A DNA stretch of 64,000 nucleotides from Paraspadella gotoi (Eukaryota; Animalia; Chaetognatha): NCBI GenBank assembly GCA_051294375.1, contig CM119269.1, positions 21,003,665 to 21,067,664 on the forward strand, read 5' to 3'. The stretch's first letter is position 1, and each line of letters opens with the position of its first letter. Under the pieces are notes generated by a model, which did not search any database, was not told the DNA's origin, and worked only from the letters and a program-made list of their open reading frames with translations. This document shows positions 51,325 to 64,000 of the stretch, one piece after another. The position numbers and the translations under genes were made by a program.

Positions 51325-54300
51325 GAGAGAGAGAGACAGAGACAGAGACTGAAAAATGGAGGAGAAAATTTTTAAAGATTATCATAAAAGGTTTAATGAA
51401 GGGCGAGGAGCAGAAGAGATATGAGATTGAGTTTTAGACGAGAACGAAATTTAAATTCTCCCATTAAAACATTTTTTAAACTAAAATTTAAAGTAATTTT
51501 TTCTACGACTTTGGAGGCAGCTTTAGTAATCTTGGTGGTAAGTTGTCTCAACTGAGTACGTTAGGCAGTTTTTACAGTTTCGATAATATTAAAGAGGAAA
51601 TGTTACATTATCATGACATTATGTATGATATATATAACCGCCTTCGCTATTTTTTTCCTCTAACTTCTTCTGTTTATGCATTTCTTACTTTCCTTTTTTT
51701 CTCGTCCCTTCTAATCTCCTTAGAAATAAAGAGCGAAAAAGGAAGGAAACGTAAAAGTTCTCCTTTTGAGACGCGAGGAAATTCGCCTCATTTATGCAGA
51801 GTAAGATCAAAGATCAATGGGTGAGTTTGGCCCTCATGAAAAAATGCATGAGACCCAATTCCACTGAAAAAAAAAAAATGGCGAGGATGAGTAAAGACTT
51901 TGTTTTTTAAACGTTTTAGCGTTTCTTGCTCTCTCTCTTTTCTCTCTCTCCTGTTGTAAGCTCTCTATACAGGCAAACTTTTCTCGTTTTCTCGTTTTCT
52001 CGTTCTTCAAAAAAGGCGCGTTTTTACAGATTCTTTTTTTTATCATTTTATTATATTTTTATCACATATGGTTTAACTATGGGTACAACAACTACAAGGA
52101 TTATAAAATAAAAGAAATTAACTTGGTTTGTTAAGCTAAAGATTCTGTCGTATCTAACTAATGCCCAAGAATGCTCTTTGTATTTTTTTTTAACAATATG
52201 GACATAAGTAAATTCAATTTCACTTAAAAAAAACCAAAAACAAATAACACTTTGTCTCTCTGATTATTCTGTTACACGAAAAGAAAGACAACAACTCCAA
52301 CTGAGGTTAATAGATCCGGTGATCGCTTGTTGGGATGGTTGGCTTTCCTAGTATTTAAATGGAAATCGATGGGGAAAAAGTGCGGCAACAAATGGGGCTA
52401 AGCTGGGCTGAGGTGAGCTGGGCTGAGGTGAGCTGGGCTGCAGGTGAGCTGGGCTGAGGTGAGACTGGGCTGAGTTGAGCTGGGCTGAGGTGAGCTGGGC
52501 TGAGGTGAGCTGGGCTAGGTGAGCTGGCTGAGTGGCTGGGCTGAGGTGAGCTGGGCTGAGGTGAGCTGGGCAGGAACTTTCGAGGAACGAGACGAGAAGT
52601 AGAAAGAAAGGGAAAAGAATAGGAGGAGAAGAAAAGGAAAAAAAGAGGGAGAGCGAAATGGGGAGATGGGGTCATAAGGTTGAAGAAGCCTCAAGGGGAT
52701 CGAGGGTCCAGAAGAAAAACTCACCAGGTGAGGCGTGCTATTTTTAGTTGAATGAGAAAAGAAAAAAAAAAAGGAGGAAGGTAAGAAAAGAAAAAAACGA
52801 GAGAGCTGGAGATTGTGGAAAGAAATAAGGAAAGAAAAAATGACGGGAGAAAGGACAGAGGTATATATGTTGTCGGAGGAACATTTAAAAAAAAAAAAAT
52901 GAAAGAATAGTAAGGAGAAATTGAGAAGAAAGAGAAGGAGAGGAAGTAAGTAGAGGAAAAAGAAAAGGACGATGAAAGAAAAGAAGCCGAGGAAAAAAAA
53001 AATCTTATGCAAATTTTATGCAACAATAAAAACCTCATTTCCCTTTCTTGCACGACGACGACGACGACGACGAGACGACGACGACGACGACGTCGATGAT
53101 GAATGTTGACAGGCTCGGATAGAAGGTTGCCAGGCGCAAGATGACAGTCGCCAAGAATAAACGTCTTCGATGATAGTCGTCGGGACATAAACACAAAAAA
53201 TGCCGACTTTCTAAAATGTATTGAGAGGGAAATTCTACTTATATAGTCTGTGTTTATTTGCAGCCGAATGTGAAACAAATATATATATATAGCTCCAAGT
53301 AATTTAATAATAGTTCGGAGTAAATATATTAATCGCCGATCTAATACTTGAGGGAGTGGTTTTTTTATACAATTGAAACATTCTATGAAGTATTATACCA
53401 CTTTATTGATAAAGTAAGAAAACTTGTCAGAGTGATGGAGTCCTTAAACCACCATGCCCTATCCATTGGATAGTATCCAAAGTCAGGGACAAAATAGCTT
53501 ATTTATTGAATGAATGAATGTACCAATTTCATAATGATAAAATGGGACGTAAAACATTTAACAGTTGTTATAAATGAAATTATAAATTGTATTGTTTGTA
53601 TAATTTGCATAAAAATATCTTATCAAGTTTTGAGAGCTATTGAGGGATAAAACCTTCGATAAATTTTAAGAGAACCTTGAACCCGGGACCCGGGTCATTG
53701 ACTTGTTTCAGTTAAGCGCCATCTCGTTAATTTTTATATAAATATACGATTCTTACGTACTTCGTTTTGTTTGAAAGTCTTGAAAAAAAAAAATTGTATT
53801 CATTCCTACCCAAAAATATAGACTAACTATTTCCCTGTAAAAAAAGTCGGTACGGATTGATCACTAGATTATGGGGACAAATCTTTAAATAAGTGTAACG
53901 GATTCATGATATGAAAGAAAACTTTTCACCGAATCCGATCTAAATTTAATAAAATCGCCGTTAAAATTTCATCAAGTTTTCTTCAGAAAAATTCTCGGAT
54001 TTGAAAAAGGGGTCGCGTTTATCGCTTCCATAAAAGAAAAGCGCGCGATGCGTTTCTGCGAATAAATTCAGTGAAGTACCTGATGCCACGATAAGCGTTA
54101 CTACGCTTATATTTTTGAGCGGGAAACCGAGACGACGTCATTTCACGGATTTGTGATTCGATATCGAAAATACTTTGAGGTCGTCGTCGTCCACGTCGCC
54201 AAAAAATTTTCTCCGATCTCCAGGTCGAAATCCTTAAAATTGACTTTCACAACAAAAGCAAGTTTTTTTATATGCGGACGTTGGAGGCGTGACGAAGGGA

Positions 54301-54607
54301 AACAAATGAGCATCGCGACAATGAGTCAGATAGAGAAAATCGAGAAGTTAAAAAAAGCTTTGTTATCAATTACAGAATGCTATTTATTATTGATTGTACC
54401 AGCTTCAATTCATTAACATTTTCTGTTTTTATTCAAGCAACGTTTGTTTAAATCCGAAAATAACATAATATTTCGGACATTTTTAGTGATAGAGTGTGAA
54501 CACTGAACACTGAACGGTTGGTGGATTTTAGTCCACCATAAGTGCTTTCTTCGAGGAGAAAAGGCTCGGAGAGAGAGAAGAGAGAGGAGCGAGAGAGAGA
54601 GTAGAGA

Positions 54608-54656
<49 letters not shown>

Positions 54657-54871
54657 GAGAGAAATTGAGGGAAAGAAAGATAGAAAGAGAAAAGAAAAAG
54701 GGAGAGAGCGACAACGAGTGACAAAGAGTGAGAAAGAAATTGAAAGAGAGATAGAAAAAAAAAAGAGAGATAGAGAGAGAAAAATAAAACGAGAGACAAA
54801 GAGATACATGTATATAGAGAGTGAACTGAGAAAATGAGAGAAATGAGAAAGAGAAGGAAGAGACAGAATGT

Positions 54872-56834
54872 CTAAACTATTGAGGAATTTTTCTCATTTT
54901 TCTCATTTTCTAAATCGGATCGGATTCGTTTAAGGAGGAGTTGACCCGCGGTCTCCACCAATCTTCGTAGAGAAACAGCGAGGGTTCGATCAGCTCCGAC
55001 CTCCAGGAGATAAAGGAATCCAGAGTCCAACGACGCCGTCGGTAAGCGTCCGTTGGTCGGGGGCGACGCCGTCGTCGGGTCAAGGGCGGTTGGGGGCGAC
55101 GCCGGGGCGCCGTCTTTGTCGGCGGCGACGACGAAATCGACTCTTGCGTAGAGCACGCGGGAATCGAGAAGTTGAAGGATCTGAAATTATAAATTTTAAA
55201 TGATTATTAAATGAATAATTGCTAATCAATGATTTATTTCTTTAGCCTTGCCCCAGGCACCAAAATAATATGTCTCCATCGGGATTCGATCCCTCAACCT
55301 GACGAGCCACGATCCACCGAAGTGACAATAGCTTAAATCGTCACTTTTAAACTAAATTAAAAAAAAAAACCTAACAATTTATTAATTATCTTCAAAAATA
55401 ACCTTTTCGGCCGCAGCCACGATCCTCTTGTCGGGCAGGCAGGGTTCGAACGTCTGCACGACCCGAGAGCCCGTCGTGTACATCGCGGACTTGAAGACGG
55501 CGTTGGTAAAGACGCCATCGCAAAAGATGAGGTTTACCTCGGACGCTTCGTCGATCTCCGTGATGTATTGTTGGACCATGAGGTCGCCAGTCTGCAGTTC
55601 CGCCTTTTAGAGAAATCGATGAGTGGCGGATTTAGAAATAGCGAAATAACAAAATTAACATCCGTTATTTGCTCTCCCCTGACCTTCAGTCTTTCCTCCT
55701 CCTTTTTCGTGACTTTGTCAGTTTCGACGATCCACTGGAAAAGACCGTCTGAGAATAATGTTGTTATAATATCAGAAACACTCAACAAGAACTACTTTTA
55801 CCACACGACCATACCCCCTCCGACGACGGGCTTGACGACTGCCTTTTCAATCCCGCGGGCAGCCAACTCGTCCTTCAGACGAAAGGCCCCGATATTTGCC
55901 CTGTCGATCCAGATAGTGGCGGGCAGCTTGACGTTATCCGGTAGACCTCTCGATTCCAAATCACGAAGGTAAGTCTTGCGGTGATTCCATCTCACGATCG
56001 GCGGCGGATTAAAGATAGGAATTCCTTTTCTTTCGATCGATTCCAACCAGCGGAGAAAACGGTTCGTCTGGATTAAGGTTGGACGAGGCAGGGTCGGACG
56101 GAGGCGGACTCAATGTTAAAAAATATGACGCGAAATGAGTTAAAAGAAAAAAGATATAAAAACCTCAAAAATAATTTAAAATATTTTTTAAAGAGTCGCT
56201 CATTTATTCTCCTTTATTAATTTTCACAAATTCCACAAACAAATTTTCTTAATATGGCAGCAGCCGGGTTGCCTGTGATGCCCATTGGGATGGGCATCTC
56301 ACTGTTGGCTTTGGGGGCTTCCGACCCTCAGTGACGCCTCCAGTCACTGGCGTGGTTACCCTTTGAAAACGCAGAGGGAAGTCGTTAGGACTGTGGATGG
56401 AACACAACGTCTCGGTTGGTGTGTTCTCCCTCTGAGCCAATGGTATTGGCTGACCGATAATGGCCGTGAGGCGGTGTGAATATATCGCCATACACGATTA
56501 ATTGGAAACAAAAAAATTAGCAAAATACTTATGGATAAACCGACATGAAAAGATTAATCACATTGGTCCCCAATTTCACCTGTAGGTGATAATTGTAGCA
56601 GCTGCGCAGGAAGACAACGTCGAAATCTTCCAAGAGGCGCTGTCGTCGTCCCACGGAACGCCGGTCACTCTGCAGCCCCGGCGCTGCAGGTACTGTGCCA
56701 AGAGAGTGTCACCTGCGGTGGAGGTGATTGAAAAGTCTGTACAAAAATATTTGGGTGAGGAAAACCGGTAAAACCTTACCTTCCTCCGCGATTATTGCCG
56801 GATGGTTGGAGTCGGTGACGAATGCGACGTGCAT
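54872..56834 (-). pseudogene. Second copy of the DcsG-like ATP-grasp gene with compensating indels in the last exon (sequence error or pseudogene)
   Basis: Mirror of 33163-35133. ELIEPSLFLYEDS reads GADRTLAVSLRRL, and there is one substitution (LNP to LDP). Confidence 0.7.
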
Positions 56835-56950
56835 TTTGGTTTTCGTTTCGATTGAGCTTTTGTAAAATTTTAAAAAAGAAAAATTTAAAAGCAAGTTTTG
56901 TCTTAATGGTTTTTTTTCTTTTTTAAAGAGAAAGTTGAAAAGTGTAAAAG

Positions 56951-57038
<88 letters not shown>

Positions 57039-57970
57039 TACGACTTGATAAGTTTGTTTGATTTAAGTTAAGTGACGATCGAAGTTTATCAATCGAAAGG
57101 GAGATTATTTTCAATTAAAACCTTTTAGTTAAAATAATTTTAAAAAGTGTGGGTAGCAGGCCAGGGTCCGTCTCTAAGTCCGATCTCTCCCTTGGACCAA
57201 TCCGCTTCCCCATATAATTTCCAAAATCCTTTCAATTCGCATCGGCGAGGGTCGGCGATGTTCTTTCGTTCGTAATTGCGAAAGACATTCCAACACGGCT
57301 GTCGCGGTCAGTTCAGCAAAACGGGTTTCTCTTACTTTTTTCTGAATTCCAAGACTCAAGAAAATAAATAAATAAATAAATAAAAAAAAAAATAAATACA
57401 TTCATTTAATTAATTTTCTTAATCTAGACTTGTGTTGTTTTTCCGTTAAAAAAAAACCTCTTTTTTTAACGTCTTAGCCAACTGGATTTACTTATTAAAC
57501 CAAAGTGGACCAACTGAATCTGAAAGTGGCTGAATTTCATGTCATTCCCCAACTATTATTTCGCTTCAGGACCAGTTGTCGTAAAATGAGAAATTCTTTA
57601 AATTTTGGCGCGCCTGAGAAGAAAGCCTTTGTCAACCGTTCGCCTACGAAATTAGCTTCTCCAAGAAATTTAGATTCTTTTTACAGAAAATTTTATAACC
57701 ACTTCCTTTTTTAACTTATTTTCTATTGAATATATAACACATTTTTAATTTTTTATTTATGTTCGGAGCTGAATGATGAATAAATGAAAAAAAATGTTCA
57801 CGATTGTATAAAAATCGTTATTTAAAGAAACTATAAATACCCAAAAATATTTTATTCAATTTTTAGTCCAAGATGTCGAAATAAAATTGTAATTTTTGCT
57901 TTCAGGAAAAAAAAAAGAAGTTTGAACCAACGTGTGAAGAGAACAAACAGAATAGAAAACTATAAATAGG

Positions 57971-59393
57971 ATGGCGGCCGATTGCCTTTGCGCCCCCGAA
58001 ACTCTGGTCGTCGCCTTCGTCGGCCTCTCCATTGCCATCTCTCTTCTTTGGCCCAAATCTTCCAAAGAATCGACCCCACTCTTCCCTTGGGGGTCGTCCG
58101 CCTTCACATGCTGTCCCGCGGACCCTTCGCTCCCAACATCTCGCCATTTCCTCTCAAACTGGAAACGTTTTCTGCGGGCCAATAAGATTCCGTAAGATCA
58201 GTCAACTTTTAGTTTTTTTTTTCTCGTGGGGTAAAGAAATTTGTTAATAGACTTTTAACGTTTAAGCTACAAAAAAAGCGGCCTACAATTTTAAGTTCTA
58301 TTTATTACTAAGGAATCTTGATATGTATGAAATAAATTGTATGTACATCTTTTATTTAAAAAAATGGGACCACGATTCACTTCAGGTACGAAGTCGATTT
58401 TCGTCATCCAAAATCGTCCAAAGGAAAATCTCCGTGGATTCAGATCAACGGCGAAGCCATCGCCGACTCACAATTTTGCATTGAGATTCTGAACGAAGTA
58501 TTTGGTGTCGACATGGATGCACATCTCAATGCGGAAGAGAAGGCAGTGTCTCATGCGTTTCGGAAGGTGAAGCGATGAAATTAACAATTAACAATTAATA
58601 ATTAACAATTAACAATTAACAAATTGCAAATCTCTTCGCGTCTCTCTACTTAAACTTTTTCTCCCTCTCTCTCCCTCTCTCCCTCTATCCCCCTCCGCCT
58701 TTTTTTCTTCACTTAAGCTCCTCGAAGAAAGCATGTACTTCTTGCATGGATGCAGTCGTTTTCTCCGATCCTCAGACGAGGTGGCGAAACACTGGAAAGG
58801 GGCACCAAAATTCGTTATCAGTTCGTCATGCCATTTGTCAAATAACCGTACTTTATAACAGTTTTGAAAGTTGGCACCATATATATTCAATAATATCTTG
58901 CCCTGCTGGCAGCTTGGTTTAGCCTCCATCATTTAGATAATTGATGCAGGCTGCAAGGTTTAATAAGGACTCTACAGCCGTTACTCGTTACCTGCCTTTC
59001 ACAATAATTGGAAAAATTCAAGAAGTCAATTTATGAAACACCCTTAGGTTATATTATAAACGATATAGTTTTCGCTTTTATTTTCAAACGTAAAATTATC
59101 AATGACTCTAAACAGGAATTGGTCGTCCTCCGTCCAAGAACAGTGGAGCATTTCGGCGGAAGGGACATCATCGCCATTCAACGTTTACCTCGGAAACAAA
59201 AACTTACTTCATGGCGACAAAATGTCGGAGATCGGACTTGCAGCATGTTCGGGGATTCTCGGACAGTTCGTCCTATCAAGATTCCGAGAAGAAGCACAGC
59301 GCGTACATCGAAAAGAAGTGCCCGAACGTGAAAGCAGTACTTGGATAGGTATTTAAGAAGGAGATTTGGTCGGACTGGCCTTGCCAAGAGTGA
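57971..59393 (+). pseudogene. Second copy of the FAXC-like gene with several frameshifts and a ~190-bp insertion at the exon 3/intron 3 boundary
   Basis: Mirror of 30770-32006. Frameshifts appear from ~58065 onward, and 58853-59048 is extra sequence. Confidence 0.7.
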
Positions 59394-62020
59394 CAGCTAT
59401 TTACGCAGCTGACAGCGAGAGCTTCATATTTCCAAAATAAGGCTTTAGGTTTTAGATTTGGATCGGTAAATAAAAATTTGTCTTAGGAAAACGGTTTTAC
59501 AAATGTTTTAGCAATACGTGTAGAATTCATATTCGATTCACAATTGATCACCGGTATTCGACTTTCTCTGCGTTGATGTCTTTATGTAAAGTCCTGACGA
59601 CCACTTATTATTCAATACGGCCCGTTCGGTCAGCGCGGGCCCGCCGCTCTGCTAGTATGAGGGGGTGTTTCTTTTCATTTACATTTATGCCTAACTAAAA
59701 AAAAATATGGTCATTTGTCAATTATCACAACTTCATATACCTTTGTTCAAAATCTACATCCTTATTAGCTAATGACAATATCTCCTATGTCAGTCTATTT
59801 CACATTATTTTTGTTATTTTATTTCATGATTGTTCCAGTATTTCGTAAATTAATTATTATTGTAATTTGTAGTTCTTTCACTGGCTCATAGGAATAAAAA
59901 GTGATAAAAATTTGTTTAGTAGACATAATAAATAAGACGGTATTATCTCAAATAGTCTTGTTCATTTAATTTCGGTTATCACATGTCATTCATAGCTTCA
60001 TCCAAAGAACAAACAAACTTGGACCGCTTAATACAAATTTGAATAAGTTAGTTAATTTCATAATTCAATTACCCTTATTACAATAAGACGGTAATTCTAA
60101 TATGTTGCTCCGCTGAGAGAGAGAGGGAGAGGAGAGCGAGAGAACTCTAAACTTGTATTTACCTCTTCCCTTTTCCTTTTCACATTCCCTGGGGTGATGT
60201 CTATTTCGTATTTCCTTTTTATGGTTTTCGACTTTTCATCAGAAAGGTCAATATTTATTTCTTCTCTTCCTTTCTTTATATCTTTATCATTAAAGTCGAT
60301 TTAAAAACTTTGTGAAAAAAACTTTTTTGATGTTACGGATAGCATTTGAAAAGCGTTTAGTTTGTTTGTCCACCAAAGTATAAATGGGTTTATCCATATA
60401 ATATCAATATGATCTAAAACATAAAAAAAATCGTTATTAAAGATTAAGAAATTTACAAGTTTAAAAAACGATAAAAAAAATGATTTAGTTATAATTTTGG
60501 ATTGAGAGAGAGACTGTTTTATCTGGTTCTTTTCCCAGACAAAATAAACATCGATACAACTGATATATTTTTGTTGTGACTTTTATTTTTGAGAAAAGTT
60601 TAAGGAGTTTGGTAGAAATAAGTTAAATACAAATTTCATACAATTCATACCAAACATAACAATAAATAAAAGACGTGAAATAAGAAAGAAAAACATCTTT
60701 AACCCATATACAAATTATACATTATGCAACCAACTATGACACGAAAAGTCAGAAGATATACATCGACGCCCATGATGAATTTTATTCCACATTTTTTTTT
60801 ATTAATTAATGGCCACCCGGTTTTTTCGTGTGATATTATTCCCCTTTTACAGCTGATCGGCCCTTCGATCATTCCGCACGATGTTTCCGCGGAGAAGCGA
60901 GCAGGTCCGATTTTAGCTCGTGAAGGTTGAAAGCCTATCCTCGGCCTGATCGATCAGGCTTTGTTTGGCCGCCAAAATTTATAATAGGCGTCACTGTGTG
61001 GAAAAGTTTGGAAGGAGAAGCATCCAAAGTAAGAAACAAGCGAAGAAAGAGATGGGTTATGACGAAATCACGAAGCGACTCGCCGCCGACGGCGAATCGG
61101 TCCACTCGTCATTCGTTCGCTGCGGGAGATTTTTTTTTTTTTTGGGGTCTGAATTTGACCGCGATGAAAACGGAAAAGTTATCAGATGTGGTCGTCAAAG
61201 TGTCGTCGGTTGTTGTTCGTAGTCCTCCTGTCATCATCATCGGGTTTTTTCTCACCGAATGACGTCCTCTTTTTTTTATCGTTTGACGTCGCATTCGCTT
61301 TATTTTTACTTCGTCATCAGTTTCGCCGTCGTCGTCGTCTACCGTTTTTAATTTTTTTTTTTTTTTTTAAATCGAGATCGCGAAATCAATGATTCGGACC
61401 GGTCGGTGAACGTCTTTTTCTCATGCAAGTGGTCGTTCGTCATCGTCTCGTCGTCCCCATAGCATGTCGGCTTTTACGTCTTTTTGTATCTTGGTCACGT
61501 GATTCGATGCACTCGCGTTCCTTCTTCGTCGATTTCTGTTGTCTTTTGTTTTTTTTTTTGGGGGGGGGGAAGGGGGGGGATATTTTGGAATCTATTTTAA
61601 ACTCGATAACGACATCGATTGCAATTAATAGACACGATAGGGATGGATATGGCGAGGTTAAGGTTTGGTTTGTTACTAAATTTCAGAATATTCGAGGCTC
61701 TGACAAGGGATTCTTGTGTTGATCGATAGAACAGAGAGAAGAGTTGAGAAATCCAATTTCAGTCAGAAGCAGTGAGTGCTAGGAAAATTTGGATTAACGG
61801 TACGCGGCAGAAAGGGAGGAGAGAGAGAGAGAGACGAGAGAGAGGAGGAGCAGATATAGATAAATAGATAGAGATAGATAGATAGTAGAGAGGAGAGATA
61901 GATAGAGTAGATAGACTAGATAGAGAGAGAGAGAGAGAGAGAGATAGATAGAGGAGAGAGATACGAGATAGGATAGATGGAAAGATAGATAGAGAGAGAG
62001 AGATAGAGAGGTAGATAGAT

Positions 62021-62051
<31 letters not shown>

Positions 62052-63545
62052 TAATATAGATTAGAGATATAGATAGATGAGAGAGAGAAGTAGATAGTAG
62101 AGAGATAGATAGAGAGAGAGAGAGATAGAGATAGATAGATAGAGAGAGATAGAGAGATATAGAGAGAGAGAGAGAAATTAGAGATAGATAGATAGATAGA
62201 TAGAGACAGAGAGAGCATAGAGATAGATAGATAGAGAGATAGATAGATTGAGAGAGAGAGAGAAAAAGATAAGAAAGAGGAGAGAATCATAAACCTTCGA
62301 CCACGAAGAATCACAAGGACAATTACGGTTCTTCTGCTTCCGCGGGAGGCGAAGAGCTTGGACCATAAAAATATCCACGTAGGAGGACGATGACGAAGAA
62401 AACGAAGATGACGACGATGATGACAGGAAGAAGACACAAAAGAAACGCTAACCTTGGTTTCCCTAGTTTAGTGCGTTCGAGAGCCCAAATGTCTTTAATT
62501 CCCATCTCTTATCTCTCTCTCTTTTCTCTCTTTTCCACTATCTCTCTTTATGGGTCCAGTAGACGTAGAAAACATGATACAAAATTGCATCAAATCAAAT
62601 TAAATTACTTCAAACTTCCGTCAATTTTCACGACCCAATAATTTATAAAACGACGGAAAAAATCTACGACAAAGACGTTCGCAGGAAAATGATCTTTTAA
62701 CTTGAAAGCGTGTAGTTCAAAACACAACAGGACAGCTTTTTCCCTTCCATTAATTTTTTTTGTGGTAAAAAATATTTATTGAAAAACTAAATATATTAAA
62801 CTGTAAAGGATGAATAAATAAAAGTAGGACGATCGCCGTGATTAACTAGCAATATATCATATATTTTTTCATCCTGTGAAGAGAGCGAGAAAGAAGGGAG
62901 AGAAAAAGAGATTTCAAAAAAATACACTTTCGTCGTTGACAAAACCAATAATTTTTTTTAAATTGATCGGATTATCCATTATAAGTCTTTCAGTTTTTGT
63001 TCTTTTTCCTATCTATTTAATTTTCTCACTTCTCTTACATTTTTTATATTTTATTATATTATATTAAATATATTTTTATTATATTTTTTTTAACGGAGCT
63101 CTTTTGATAGATTTTTTTGGTCGCTTCATATTTTTTCCTTATGTTTTCTTATCTCTTCAAAGTAAATTTGTTTTTTTACTTTCTTTTTCGTTGGTTTAAA
63201 TTAAAACACGAGTATGATATTTTTTTCCAATAATTATTTTTTATTTATATTCCTTACTATTTTTTTATTAATATATAACATGCTCTCTCTCACGTGAATG
63301 TTTTTGAACCTTTCCTTGAGGCATTTTTAATTTTTGAACCCTCTTTACATTTTATACTAATTAGGACAAAAGGAAGGCGCGACGACCGCCGCAACAATAG
63401 AATAAAAAAACAAAAAATAAAACGAACACCAAAAGTGAAACGAAAGAATCGTCGCAGCATCGGAATAAAGAAACCGATTTTAAAAGCAATTTTTCTCTAC
63501 AAAAAAAAAAGAAAAAAAAAAAGAAAACTCCAAAAACCGTAAAAA

Positions 63546-64000
63546 ATGGTTTTCTATTCTCGAGACGTGTTTTGAGGCGCGAAGGTTTCGTCGATCCCGC
63601 TACTCCTTATTTATCTTTACCTTTTAAGTATTCTTCTTCATTTTTTCTCCTCCTCTTCTCCTCCTCCCTTCCTCCTCAACCCCCATCCTGTCTTCCCTCC
63701 TTCTTCTCCTTGCACACGGGCGCGCAATGTTTATCCCTTCCGGTGTCACGCAGTCGCCGATGCACGGTCTCCGACTCTGCCGCCGACGCCGAAGCTTGCG
63801 TGTAACCTCCTCTGCCAACGCCAGCCCTCCCACCGCCTGCTGCGTTTGCGACGTTGGACTCTACGGAACGGCGCCGCTTTGCTTCGAACGGGCGCGCCGC
63901 GCCGGGTGAGCGCAAAGTCCGCGGCGTCTCAACGGCGTCGATTCCGGCGCTCTCGACCCTTCATTTTCATACGTGGTGACGCGAGAGGCGCGCTGCCTAC
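63546..64000 (+). pseudogene. Indel-ridden second copy of nidogen-like exon 1 (partial)
   Basis: Mirror of 26681-26223; fragments [21 protein letters not shown] and [14 protein letters not shown] fall in different frames. Confidence 0.7.

Larger units (their letters stand above)
49952..64000. repeat. Right arm of the large inverted duplication (runs off the window end)
   Basis: Reverse complement of 26223-39954 with scattered substitutions and many small indels, most dense beyond ~58800. Confidence 0.97.

Overview
Animal (invertebrate-type) genomic DNA from a gapped draft assembly, with AT-rich introns, GC-rich exons and GT-AG splicing. From left to right it holds: an ~8.3 kb C-rich 32-33 bp satellite; the last two exons of a probable membrane receptor with a Tyr-motif-rich tail (+); a 12-exon nidogen-like gene (-) that appears to lack the NIDO domain; an 8-exon STELLO/DUF288-like glycosyltransferase fused to a second, unrecognised domain, nested antisense in nidogen intron 7; a FAXC/metaxin-GST-like gene head-to-head with a 6-exon bacterial-type (DcsG-like) ATP-grasp gene; a tentative 5-exon orphan gene; and the 5' part of asparagine synthetase. 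The largest structure is an inverted duplication with arms of at least 13.7 kb (26223-39954 and 49952-64000) around a ~10 kb spacer. Its left junction cuts asparagine synthetase mid-exon and its right arm is full of indels, so it may be an amplification or assembly chimera. Also present are a tRNA-derived SINE family, a hAT-type MITE with an 8-bp TSD, a structured 241-nt intronic element and several mini/microsatellites. All gene models were read by eye; family assignments come from motif recognition, not database searches.
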